From assembly GCA_964234715.1 (NCBI GenBank), contig OZ174281.1: a stretch of DNA of 64,000 nucleotides. One strand, 5' to 3'. Shown in pieces: positions 24,532 through 37,036 of this stretch. The notes below the pieces were generated by a model that saw only the letters and a program-made list of their open reading frames with translations, was not told the DNA's origin and searched no databases. This DNA is from Podarcis melisellensis. Taxonomy: Eukaryota. Numbering within the stretch: the first letter of the stretch is position 1; each line of letters starts with the position of its first letter. The position numbers and the translations under genes were made by a program.

Positions 24532-26574
24532 GTAATGCTGAATTCCTACATTTATTTTGCTTGTCTTGGAACAGTGTGAGAGATATTGAGTCCACTCTTA
24601 CCTGATTGAACTCCAGCTCAAGTATTTGGAAGGAAGAAAAAGCCCGTCTTTCCATTTCTCTCTGTTCCCCAAAGGCCTCCTAGCTTCCCAGGATCTCTCT
24701 CTTTCCCTCAACCAAGAGGGCTTCGGTTTGATGGATGGATGACCGTCTTCCGGAAATATGGACCCTTTAATATCCACGATGCCTTATTTGTAAGCAGGAA
24801 TCCACACTAGCTCCCAGCTAATCACAGCTCTTTGAAAGAAACTTTTCATATGAAACGACAGTTAGGCTGTGAACCAGACCTCAGCTCAATTCCATTTTTT
24901 TCGGCCCATTTATATTCCAGTAGCCCTGCTTCCCCTCACAATGTCTTCCCCACCCACACAGCAGATCTGTCAGGCCACTTTAAAAAAACTTCCGGAAGTT
25001 TGAAAAGGGTGTGGGAGTTTGGCAGAAGGAAGGGACTGAAATGGGAATTAGCTTGTGCCTGCCGATCTGGCGCATGCACGCTTCTGGATTGTGGCCAGTA
25101 TCTCTACAGGCTAGTTGCTTTCATAAACGAGTGTATAGTTAAAATCTTAATCCGTTGAATTTCTTAGCAGCCACTGATCCCTACATTTAAGTCACTGGGA
25201 GTTTTGTAGCTAAATCCTTAGTTCAACCAGCAAGATTTTAGGTTGGAAATCTGACCTGTTCATTATAATGAACAGCTATAAGGGGGTTAATAGCATGTTG
25301 TTGGTTACAGTGGTTCCCTTTTTATTTTATTTTTTTGCTTCTGGTCTGAAAAAAAATATACTTGGTTTTTACAGTTTAAGGAATGATTCAGTCTTTTGGT
25401 ATATTTGACTACTTATTCTGCGAAGTAATAATTAAATAGCTTTTGCTCAACGAAATGATCATGCTCTATGCTCTATTGATACTTGCTTATGGATCTTTAG
25501 ATGAGGGTCTCAAGAAAATCCTAAGGGGAAATTCTGCTTTCATTGATCGTGTTTTACTTAGACTTAAAAAGCCCCCCCTCCCATCGCAGCTAATGTATAG
25601 CTTTTAGTTTGAAGGATTCCTTTATAAGGTGATTAATAGTAATGTAAGCTTATTATATGCGGTAAACTGATTATTAGTACATTTTTCATCTCTAGTAAAG
25701 TGGATTCATCTCTTTGTTGTTGTTTGTGCTGTCTAACTCTTTGGACTCTTGTATATACTATATTTTCCTTCTTTGACACCCGCATAAAAAAGACTGCTTG
25801 TGACAAAATATGGAACCATATATGGAATTTTCTTCTACTTTTTTCTGGAAATGTCTCTAACTACTTTGGAGAAATGAAATCCTGTTAATGTTTTAGTGGG
25901 CTGCGTTTGGAAAATATGTTGTGAGGAAAGGAACATGTTTTCCCAAAATGTTAGACCTGCTTTGTCAGTTTTTAATGGTGTTTGCCATTAAATCTTGGAT
26001 GATCGCACGGATATGTAGCTGATTGACATGCTTGCGTAATAGCCTAACTTGTAACATTACACTGGCTCATCTGCAGGGCAACTTAAGGATTTATTTCTGG
26101 AAAAGCAAAGCTCAGCCAGGTATTTCAGTGCATTTCAAAATACTCCATACAGATCACATCTCCACCCCTATGAAGATCTCAGATGTTGTGTTTTTCCCTG
26201 AACAAAAAGCCCTCTGCTTTTGATTATTATACACCTTTACTATTTTATAAAGTGGAAGAAAACAATTGTAACTATTTGAAGCATCAGCAGCAATGGGACA
26301 TCTTGGGCAGGCACACTGTTCTGAATCTTTTGAAATAATGAATTAATTAACATGGTTAGGAGATAGTTATGATAGTATTATAACTACATTGGCACAAACC
26401 AGAGTTGCTCTTGTAGTCAGTGTTTAAAGTGAGCTTGCAAACCGTGGTTACAGGAGCATTTGGTCAATTTTATAACCTATTGGCAAAAGTTAAGGACACT
26501 TCTAATTGAACAGCAGTACTGTGATATTTTAAACCAGTAAAGAAACCATGGTTAGCACTGATAATAATAAGTTC

Positions 26575-26660
26575 TTATTAACTGTATACCCCAGCCATCT
26601 GGCTGGGTTTCCCCATCCACTCTAGTGCAGCTCCCAACAGAATACGTATTAAAAACATGC
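26575..26660 (-). mobile_element. L2 LINE 3' tail fragment
   Basis: tataccccagccatctggctgggtttccccatccactct matches the L2 tails at 28861 and 62422. Confidence 0.65.
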
Positions 26661-27102
26661 TAATAACTGATAAAAACTATAGAGTGTTTAAAGCAAACCA
26701 TGGCAGGGTGTGAGAATACCCTGCAGAAAAGGGGGGAAGGTTACTCCTGAAATGGGGAGATTCATTTGAGGTTAGTCGAATAGCTTCATTTCTAGAGATT
26801 CTTCCGATTATGCACAACTTAAGCCGTAGCCTTTTTCTAAAATGTCACTCATGTTGGAATGTTGTTTAATAAAGCACCCATGGGCTCACACCATGTGAGG
26901 TGCGTGGAGTTTTGAAAAACATTTACCAATGTCTTTATTGATTATTGATTTGTTTGTTATTACGGCTTTTGGGTGCCTCGTATGCTGCAACACTTTTAGC
27001 CTTCAAGCAGATACAGAAAATATTCAGCTGTTTCACACAAAAGCAGCGTAAGAAGCCCCATACATGCTGCTAGAAGTTTTTCTAGTAAATCTTTGTATCA
27101 AA

Positions 27103-27242
27103 NNNNNNNNNNNNNNNNNNNNNNNNNNNNNNNNNNNNNNNNNNNNNNNNNNNNNNNNNNNNNNNNNNNNNNNNNNNNNNNNNNNNNNNNNNNNNNNNNN
27201 NNNNNNNNNNNNNNNNNNNNNNNNNNNNNNNNNNNNNNNNNN
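27103..27242. other. N-run, 140 nt
   Basis: Direct. Confidence 0.99.
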
Positions 27243-27503
27243 AGAGTTTTACTTCACCGCTGAACTGCAGAAATATTCCTTTCCTGGTCATAATTATAAC
27301 CACATGATCTCTTAGTTTTCCTTTCTTTTGCCAGCACTTTTCCATGCAGAAGTGGCTTGGAAGGAGGTCCATTAAAACGCAGTCAAATGGACTGGAAACT
27401 GGGCTTTCTTCCTCGTAGTTTGACATTTTAGGCTCTTGATCAGCTATGGATCCTTGTTGCGTGGAGAGAAATATTCAAGATGAGTTTCAGGCATACAGAT
27501 TGT

Positions 27504-27640
27504 NNNNNNNNNNNNNNNNNNNNNNNNNNNNNNNNNNNNNNNNNNNNNNNNNNNNNNNNNNNNNNNNNNNNNNNNNNNNNNNNNNNNNNNNNNNNNNNNN
27601 NNNNNNNNNNNNNNNNNNNNNNNNNNNNNNNNNNNNNNNN
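27504..27640. other. N-run, 137 nt
   Basis: Direct. Confidence 0.99.
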
Positions 27641-28136
27641 AACCAATCTCTTACTGGAAATTAATTGAAGTCCATGGGTTTATTGCTGCTAACTCTTTTA
27701 AGCCTTTTCAGTTTTTCATTTTCCTCCAAAGTTGTAGTTTTATTAGACCAAGTTACAGCAATAACATCCCTTATGAGGAGAAGGAAGAGAAGGAGAAAGC
27801 CACCTGCCAGGACACGAATGTAATGGGGAAAATACCATTTATAAATAACATTTAACATAATCAGGAACAGAAAACAGCAGTTCATTTATGTACTATATTA
27901 ATGGTTAGAATTCCTTCCAGAGCCAAATCTTTCCCCCCTTTTGCATTAGGTAATCTTATAAAGGGATCTTGCAGATGGGACAGTGATATACAGACTTGCT
28001 GACGTATTGAGCTTTACTAGTGTATTGTGGTTTGAGACCCTGAACTTCCAGCAGTTCATGCTGGAGATCCAATTCAGTGATGGACAATCCACACACAGCT
28101 GTAGGCTTCTATGAGCGGATTGTCCACCCATACCAT

Positions 28137-28256
28137 GAGTTGTATCCAGTGCTAATCCTGTTTAGAGTTGACCCATTGAAATGAATGAACATGACTAACT
28201 TAAGTCCATTAATTTCATTGTGTCTACTCTCAGTGAAAGTTAGTTGGATACATCCC
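28137..28256. repeat. Palindromic MITE-like element, about 120 bp
   Basis: Ends gttgtatcca and tggatacatc; internal arms agagttgacccattgaaatgaatg and cattaatttcattgtgtctactct. Confidence 0.65.
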
Positions 28257-28860
28257 ATATACACAAGGAGATGGTGACATGTGTGTCTAAGTAATATCTG
28301 AAACCCAGCAGTCCCAATTTTTTCTCTGTATCCAGACTCCAGCAATAACAGCATTCCAGAGATTGTGTACTTGTAAAACTTTTCCACCCCTTCCCTTGTT
28401 GGAAAAGGTGGGCCCAGTGCATTTATTTTCCCATGTCTATCATATGTTTGATAGGAGAAAAAGTTTCTAATATCACAGATATCTGAAATGCATCTGTGAG
28501 CTAGAGAATTCATGTCAAGTTCTGCAGTTATCAAAGAAAAAATTCATTTGGTAGGACTTCTGATTTGGAGTCATGTGGATATTTGATGTAGAGAAAGTGT
28601 GGGAAGGCAAGCTCTGTGTAAAATAAATGTTGATAACGTTAGGTGACACCTACCAGTATAAGCTTGGAGATGCTATAAAACTTCAGGCTGATGATGGCCA
28701 TACACCAGTCCATCATACTGATGGGACCAAGAGAAAAGCAGGGATTGCGGTTTATGCTTTTTCTCTTGTTTGCTGCCCATCATATGAGTGTGCAACCACG
28801 GGTTTAGATATTGGGTACTTGGCAGACAATTTGCATTGTGGAACTCTTTTTAAAAAACCC

Positions 28861-29180
28861 TATTATTATTATTATTTATACCCCGCCCCAGCCACTCTGG
28901 GCGGCTTCCAATCAAATGTTAAAAACAATACAGCATTAAATATTAAAAACTTCCCTAAACAGGGCTGCCTTCAGATGTCTTTTAAAGATAAGATAGCTAC
29001 TTATTTCTTTCACATCTGAAGGGAGGGCGTTCCACTACCGAGAAGGCCCTCTGTCTGGTTCCCTGTAACCTCACTTCTCGCAATGAGGGAACCACCAGAA
29101 GGTCCTCGGCACTGGATCTCAGTGCCCAGGCTGAACGATGGGGGTGGAGATGCTCCTTCAGGTATACTCCTTCAGGTATA
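28861..29180 (-). mobile_element. L2 LINE, 5'-truncated 3' fragment
   Basis: (TAT)n tail, then tttataccccgcccc..., then ttccctaaacagggctgccttcagatgtc, whose minus strand encodes RHLKAALFRE, typical of the L2 ORF2 C-terminus. Near-identical to 62422-62636. Confidence 0.82.
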
Positions 29181-31831
29181 TTTTTTTAAACTGTAGTTTG
29201 TAGTCTGTATGGTTACTGGGTGGTGGGAATGGAAGCATGTGGCTATTTTCTGTACATCCAGATTGAGATGTTGAATGAGCAGTGTTCCCAGAAGATACAA
29301 CTATGGGAAGTCATTAACTAGTGTGAAAGGCTTGGAATATATTGGTGGAGCCAACCAATAGTTAGGGTTGCCACTGAGCCAATGCTTCATCAAAACCTAG
29401 CCGTAATAAATGTGTGTTGCCATACGTAATGTAGACTATGGTTCTACCTGCCATTTCTAAAACCATTCAGCAGCTTCCAAGTATCTGTGGCTTTGTTTTA
29501 AAATGGAGAGGTCTTTATGGGGGGGGGGGGAGAGAGAGACAGTGGTAGAAATATATGCATCAAGAGAGGCAGAGTGGCAGAGGCTGCCACAACTCATTAC
29601 ACAGAGGCTGTGACCGAACCCAGGTCTCGCAGGTTTTCCCCCTTAAGAGTTGACCTAAAAACTACCGTAGCATTTTGCTAGAGCATGCATTCTGAAGTTG
29701 CAGCAGAAGGGACTAAGTTGCCTGACTCCCGTCCCAGTAGGTTTGTATTTGTGAATGCATAAATGGAAGCAAGTCTTCCCTCTCCCCCACAGCGACTCCC
29801 ATTATGTAATTTGAAAAAATAATTCTAACATTAATAGTTGGTTCTATTTTTGTAAAACGCATTGTCATAAGCAGTTTTTCACGTTTTGTATCCTAAGCTC
29901 TGTGCGCGCACCTGTCTGTTATTCTATTGGATTCTTGTTAAGGGCCAGCATTCATGAATAATAAGTGCTGAGCGTTGTTGCATCTCTTTCTCCCCTCTAG
30001 CATGCTACTTAAAGCAGAGTCAGACTCTACCCTTATTTTAAAACAAACAGGTCTGTAAACTTTATGTGCAGCATTTAAATAGTCGTGTTAAAATTCAGAC
30101 CCAGTGCCTGCATTTCCCCGAGTGCTGTCAGTTTTATGAGATGAAACTGGGAGCTTGAGCTGAACATCTAATAGTATGCATTGTGCACATGCTGCCTTCC
30201 AACAAGTGTTTAATGATGTCGGGGTCAGTTTGCAACAGTTAAGACAATTATTTCTTTTCCTCAGCTGCTTATAACCTAGCGGTATTTTTAACTGCTAGGC
30301 TAAGGTAGATGTAAAGGTTGGGAATGTACTTACAAGTAAGTTTGGGATCCAAGCAGTGTGTTAAAGGGAGTTTAAAGGGGCTTTTCTCTTCAATCAGCAT
30401 GTGTTGTTCTGGGGTAATGTAAGATCCAAATGAAACAATATGGAAATTAGCTGGTACATGCCAGTATACTACTTCTATACCAGGACTGCTTCTTATGAGA
30501 GTCATATTCATTTTTAAATTATGTGTATACTGCATGTATTATACCATGGGGACTCACTGTCAATCACAGTTTCCTAAAGAGTGTATATGTAGTCAATATT
30601 TGACTAGAGAATGATGCACGGTGGATTGTGCCTTACTACTGGTGGAATGTGAGCACCTTTTGTAACTGAGTTGCTTTCCCATGTACTATGGCAGCCTTAA
30701 TTACCACACACACTTTCCAAAGGGATTTTAAAGGGAGCTTTCCATATGCATTTAACATGTATAAGCTGCTTGTTAGTAGACGACATATTCATAATACTTG
30801 CCAAATATAGGTGCCACCATACCAAAAACACAAAGGATCATACTTTTACATGCCATTCACATACACAACCTAGAACTTGAAATATGTCTTTATACAAACA
30901 CATTAACTTCTGCACCTCATTCACACATGCAGACTAAACATATACCAATATTCAGACACAGTGTTTACACATGTACAATCACTTTGCCATTTGGGTTTCT
31001 TGGTTCCTCATACAGATTTTTCCACTGTTTACATAATTCCAGGTATGAAACCACATTTCCTTTATTGAGTTTTAAGGATGAAGAGGGTCATCTGCAATTT
31101 GGGGGGGGGGTCTCTTCTCTTCCATAGTACTTAATGGAGCTTGATCAATCGGTTAATTTTTGCGGCCAAAGAGGGTGCTCTCTTATCAGGCAAACTGTTG
31201 AGGAGAGCACTCTCTCGCAACTTCCTAGGGAGAAGATGTTGATGTGTTCCTGCCTTCCTGTGCTGGCAAACCCATTCTCTTTCCCCATACAGCTTAGTGG
31301 GAAAATGATGGTCTCTAGAGGGGAAGCTTTCTTGATGTCTCCAGTCCTGCCATCAGACTGAACTGAGGTTTATTGCTATGCTAACCTCTGTAGGAGAAAC
31401 TGCTGCTGCATCTGAACAAATGTTGAGTTTCAGTGGATGCAGAGCTTCCACCCGAGTCAGTTTTAGGTTCTGCACCTCCACCTCTTCTCAAGTTCCTCTC
31501 TCAGGTCTCTTTTTGCTCCAGTCAGGTGTTTGTTTTCCAGTGGGCAGGAGGAAATTTATCAGATTTCTTATAGGCCCAGGGGACTATATATATGCAACCT
31601 TGATCATGGCTTTCTACTTTTGGAGGAAGGTTGATAGAAAGATACAGCTCCTAGTATCTGAAGGGAAAAAAAAAGATATTTTTAATACCTGGTGAACTAG
31701 ATAGAGCTCTTAGCTTTTCAGTACTATGTTTTCAAGCCTTTTTGGCATGGGTAATCTTCTGAAAGTTCACAAGAAGCTCTCTTCAATTATGATCTTTTTA
31801 AAGTCTTAAACTTGCTTGTCCCTTTTGCGCT

Positions 31832-32200
31832 GGGGACGCGGGTGGCACTGTGGGTTAAACCACAGAGCCTAGGAACTGCCGATCGAAAGGTCGGCGGTTC
31901 GAGTCCCCGCAGCGGGGTGAGCTCCCATCGTTCGGTCCCAGCTTCTGCCCACCTAGCAGTTCGAAAGCACCCCTAAGTGCAAGTAGATAAATAGGTACCA
32001 CTCCGGCGGGAAGGTAAACGGCAATTCCGTGTGCTGCGCTGGTGCTGGCTCGCCAGATGCCACTTCGTCACGCTGGCCACGTGACCCGGAAGTGTCTTCG
32101 GACAGCGCTGGCTCCCGGCCTCTTGAGCGAGATGAGCACGCAACCCCAGAGTCGGTCATCACTGGCCCATACAGGCAGGGGTACCTTTACCTTTACCTTT
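31832..32200 (+). mobile_element. Sauria SINE (Squam1/POM-type), full length
   Basis: GGGGACGCGGGTGGC head, A box TGGCACTGTGG (31843), B box GGTTCGAGTCC (31896), (ACCTTT)n tail, and 11-bp TSD CCTTTTGCGCT (31821-31831, 32196-32206). Confidence 0.92.
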
Positions 32201-32992
32201 TGCGCTATACAAAGCTGCAGTTGTGCTGGATGATTATTAGATTTCACTTTCTACAAGGGATTTGTGTGAACCGGTTACAAAATGTTAGAACCTATTGTTG
32301 GGCTCATCATTACTGTCCTGGAATTAGATTATCAGTTTGATCCTCACTATACCAGTTACGATTTATAATGATGGAAACAGGGTCTCTTGGGCTAGTGATC
32401 CTCTGCGGGTTAATACAGCTTTGGTTAATTAGCAGACAGTTTTAATAACTTTAGGACTTCTCATTTTAAGGCATATGTTTTTATTTTTAGTTGGCAATAA
32501 AATAAAATAATCTGATCATTTGGCTTGTTAGGGAAATGAGACAGTTTCATTCTCACGACTTGGATAGCTTTTATCATTTTTTGAAAGTTAAAACAAAATC
32601 TCTTGAATTCACTCACTGGTACATTTTTTGTCTTTCCTTTCGTTATATAATGGTGAATTGTAGAAGGGATTTATTCTTTTAAATTATTCAAGTGATGAAA
32701 AGCCCCCAATAGTTATATTAAACTTGACAAAATTAACTGTGACGAATGGAAGTGCTGCTTTTGCAGGGGGGAGTAACTGTTTGGGAAGAAAAACCATTGA
32801 GAAAAGATAGGATGGATGCTTCCTCTGTTTATGTGGCTATAAAAGCTAGTATTATGTTCATGTTCTGCAGGCTTGAGCAAAAATACCCCCCCCCCTGTTA
32901 AGTAACCTAAACAACAACAAACCCAATCTGAATCTTCTTCTTTTTAAAGGATCTCTTAAAGCCCTGGAGTCACAGTCTTTATTTTCTTTCAG

Positions 32993-33172
32993 ATCTGAAC
33001 TGTAAACTAGAAGACAAGACAGAAGATGGAGAGTTGATAGATTGTAAGAAAAGGCCGGAAGAAGGGGAGGAGTTAGAGGAAGAAGCTGTGCACAGCTGTG
33101 ACAGCTGCCTCCAGGTGTTTGAGTCACTGAGTGATATCACAGAGCACAAGATTAATCAATGTCAACTGACAG
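32993..33172 (+). CDS. ZNF521: ZNF521 180-nt coding exon, (D)LNCKLEDKTEDGELIDCKKRPEEGEELEEEAVHSCDSCLQVFESLSDITEHKINQCQLT; first atypical C2HC zinc finger
   Basis: Acceptor tttattttctttcAG ends at 32992 and donor CAG|GTAAAC starts at 33173; phase 1-1. The peptide is near-identical to the recalled human ZNF521 N-terminus and has C-x2-C-x12-H-x4-C spacing. Confidence 0.96.
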
Positions 33173-34456
33173 GTAAACAATACTTATCACTTTGTGTCTC
33201 CTTCCACTGTTCTGTTTCTGATTTCAGGTCCCTTCTTCAGAACCGCTCTCTTATTCCCGCCCCCATTTCCCCCTTCCCTGTTATTTTACTGCTAAAGATG
33301 CTCAGGTAATTTTGTTCACATTTCTGAAATGATTCCATTGTTCTTCAGTGAATGGGTTCCATTCAGGTTCTAAGGAAGCATGGATCATTCTGGCAGACCA
33401 TTAAACACCATTGTAGATTTCTTTATAACTGATTTTTCTTACTTGCCTCTCCAAGCATCTCTTATGCAATTTGATGTAAGAAAAAATGGCGTGGGTACAA
33501 CCTGGTCCTTGAAAACTTAGACTCAGGGCTCCAAATGCTGTTTTCAGAAATGGTGTGTGGCGATCGCTGATAGAATTTGCAGTGGATGTAGTGAAACATT
33601 ACACCAATAACTGTAGTGTGCTGGTCACAGTAGCCTCATGAACCTACTCCTATCCAGTTGTAACACTGTGGACAAAGATGCTGTTTGGTGTTTTACTTTT
33701 GGGCCTGTGGTCTAGAGCAATGTCTGGGCACTAAAGAAAGGTGCATTTTCTCAGTGGGTTTTCTTAGCAGTGATTGGGACTGACAGAACCAAGTAAATTT
33801 CTAATGCAATTTACTAAACAGAATATGGACTTGGATGCTGGGATGGTGATGAGAAGACCCACCTCATATAACCCCATGTGGTAAACCACAGGAAGCATTT
33901 TGGTTGAGAAGCTTTCTTGAAAAATCTTTTGGCCTCAGAAGCATGAGGAATTATGTAGGGGCAAACCAATGCATCCTATATCCTTGAAGACCAATCCAGG
34001 GACTCCAACCCAAAGGAATGCAGGTCAGGGCAGCTCCAGAAAACAGTTGATATTAGACATTCATGTTTTTTGAAATCAAAGTAATTTTTTCAGCCGTGAA
34101 GAAATATGTGGTGCAGCACTGGCAACAGTCCCTTGGTCTAAGCAAGCAAATTCTCCTTTACCTACCATAATAAGACTATATCCAAAAATAAACACATTTT
34201 TTACACAATTCCCCATGGTTTCTTCATTTACTTGTGAATGTTATTCAGATTGGCCTAAACCTTCTGAGTTCAGATCACAGGAATCATCACGGCCAGCAGT
34301 TAGCTATTTCTGTAGAGAAAAATGTATGAGACGTGTGCTTTTGCAATTAAGGGAAGCAGATAAGCATTTTGCAGTATTATTTGTGTGCATTTACTGGCAC
34401 CTTTAGCTCTTTAGCCAAAACAGCCACACAAGATTGCATACTTGTATGTATAAAGC

Positions 34457-34655
34457 AGGCTGTAGCTCAGCAGCAGAATACATGCTTTGAATGCAGAAGG
34501 TCCAAAGTACATGCAGTTAAAAAGCAGTCTCTGATAACAAGGCTGGGGAAAGACCCTGGAGAGAATCCTTAGACTCTGAGAGCTGCCTTCAGTCAGAGTA
34601 GATGAAGCTGTCTGGGAATGCTTATATTCATAAGGTAGCCTTGTATGTTCATATG
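34457..34655 (+). mobile_element. Degenerate tRNA(Ala-like)-derived SINE with CR1-type tail
   Basis: ggctgtagctcagcagcagaatacatgctttgaatgcagaaggtcc head and taaggtagccttgtatgttcatatg tail. Confidence 0.6.
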
Positions 34656-34792
34656 TATAATCTGGTATTGAAGCTAATTCATGGTGAATAGAGAAACAGA
34701 ACAAACATATTTAAGGGGGAAATCTCTCATAATATGGCACACTGTGTGATGCCAAAATTTGGCATCCCCAAATGGATCTTCTCAATTGTGTA

Positions 34793-35102
34793 CAGGGCTG
34801 TCCTAAGCGTATGCGGTGCCGGGGTGCAAAGATCTGCCTGGCGCCCCCCCCCCAGGCTGCTCAGTCCCAGGTGCAAAGGAGGGTGGAGCCGGCTGGCTGC
34901 CTCAGCATCTCACTGGCTCGTTCGCCCCTGAACTTGTGGCGCAGATCTGCCAGCAGCAGAGGAGCCCGCCGCGGCGCTCTGACCGACAGGTGGGCTCTTC
35001 CCTGGACTCAACTCTTGGTCCCTGGACTCTCGGCCTGGCGCCCCTGAAAGCCCGGTGCCCGGGTGCCCCGCACCTCTAGCGCCTATGGGTAAGACGGCCT
35101 TG
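34793..35102. mobile_element. hAT-superfamily MITE, 310 bp
   Basis: TIRs CAGGGCTGTCCTA and TAAGACGGCCTTG; 8-bp TSD ATTGTGTA (34785-92) / ATTGTGCA (35103-10); very GC/CpG-rich. Confidence 0.85.
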
Positions 35103-37036
35103 ATTGTGCATCTTCTCAGTTTGGCGCCCCCTCAGCTTGGCATCCTGTGCGGGGAACTGCCTGCACTGCCCTATATTTGAAGCTGCAGACAATCACAGTA
35201 TATATTTTCTGTGTGTTGCCTTCTGTTTTGCTTTTTGCTCTTGGTCTTTTAAATCATCTTCTGACCAAAGTTTGGGTAAATCAATCCTTCTGTTTCACTC
35301 CAGCCCTTTTATGTACTTGTCATGCTCTCCTTTAGGCAATTCTTATTTATGTCTGGCAAGGTGTTGGTGTCGGTGGGTGGAAACCCCTCCCCCCCAATTT
35401 GACCATTATGTTTGGTAAACTTTCTCCTTTTCTACCAAAAAGAAGAAACAAAAATAAAAAATTGCTGCCTCCATTTTTCCTTGACGGACCCTTTGTAATC
35501 CCCTGACATATCTCACCCGGAGCTGGGTGTTGAGTTGAGTGACTGCAAGCAGCATGAACTGAATATCGCGCAACTAGGGAACTGAAGCGAAAGGAGAAAT
35601 TCCTGGAGCACTGCTCCTGATCCACTTCACCCCAGGTCATGCTGGAGGGCAGAACTTGCCATGCTAAATGAGGGTTAAAATGGCTCTGCCACTTGAGTAC
35701 ATTTAAAAAGAAATGTTTTTCAAAGAAAGGCACTGAATCCCCTAAAAAGCCTGGTGTCTCAGTGTTGCTGTAGAAATTGTTGACTGGTAGAAATCAAAAC
35801 TATTCAAAATAAAACGGAGGGTTTGGAAAAAATTAAAAACCTCTTTCTGCATCGAAGGACCAAGATTGTTCCTCGTGCTCTGCCACACCTGAAATAATCC
35901 AAAATTAAGTACAGTGTCCTGCACTTGAAACAAGGATTATACAAATATGCCATTTTCTTAAAAGTATCTCATGTGTGTGCTTGTTTTTAATGCTGTCTGC
36001 AGGATCAGTCAAAAACATTTTATGTGTTGGTTTCAGAGGGTGGGATATATTAGAAAAAAATAAATAGCAAATGGTTTTGTCCTGGATATGGTATGAAATA
36101 ATGCCCTTATACAGTTTTCTAGTTGTTTCATTTTTTCTAATTAGCAATGGGCACTAGAAGAGACTTCCCCAGCTGGTAAACTATGGTTTATTGGAACCAC
36201 ACAGATGTGCAGAGCCCTGGAGAGTTTCTCGCAGCTGCTTTTCTCCTCCCTAGTCCTCCCCCCCCCCCCATGGGGTTTGGATGGTATGGCTAAAATCTTG
36301 GCCTGCATGGCACTGGAGTAAAAAGACCAGGAAGGAGGCTTGTTGTATTGTATGAACCAGGCCGTGTATGAAAAAACGAGTGAAGAAAACATGCTTCAGC
36401 CCCAAATGTGAAATTGGGTACTTGAGGCCGCAATCCTATATATAATTCCCCACGAGTGTAATAGGACTTACTTTCCAATAAACGTGCACAGAATAGTGCC
36501 GTAAATTAGGCTGCTAAATCTATGTTTTCATTCCTCTCATATTTAGTTTAGTTTTGAGTTATTGGAAGTTTCAGCACCATGTTTTGTGTACGTTAAGCAC
36601 AATAATGTCAAGAAAATATGACCCAGTAACCTAAATATAAACTGATGAAGTATTACTGAGCCCAAGGATAGTTGCTGCTTTTAGCAAGTATTGATTTTTA
36701 TGATGCTTGGAGAGATAGCAAACTTCTGAAAAAGCTTTTTTAAGGAACATTCTTATAGATTTAGGATCCTGTTTTGCAGACACAGTTAAGTTCTAATTCA
36801 GATCATATTCTGGTGCTACTTTTCTTCCTGGGATCGTACTTCCGCGACTCGACAAAATCAAATCCTCTTTCATAGAGGCTCAGGTGCAATCCCATATTCA
36901 GATAAAGATGGGATCTTTTCTTTCCATCTCTCTTTTTCTTAGTCGTGAGGGGAGTAGAAACCTATGAGTCTGTGGCCTATTACTGATCTTTCCCAAGGTG
37001 TGGAATGGTCAATAATGCCAAAGTAGGCCCTAACCT

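Noticed and set aside
502-33172. Assignment to the paralog ZNF423
   Set aside because: The 180-nt exon peptide (NCKLEDKTEDGE...HSCDSCLQVFESLSDITEHKINQC) is ZNF521-specific.
33173-33309. Read-through of the zinc-finger exon (ORF 33034..33309)
   Set aside because: There is a canonical donor at 33173, and the downstream sequence is pyrimidine-rich intron with no ZNF521 similarity.
34734-35079. Three overlapping ORFs
   Set aside because: GC-rich MITE sequence is naturally poor in stop codons.
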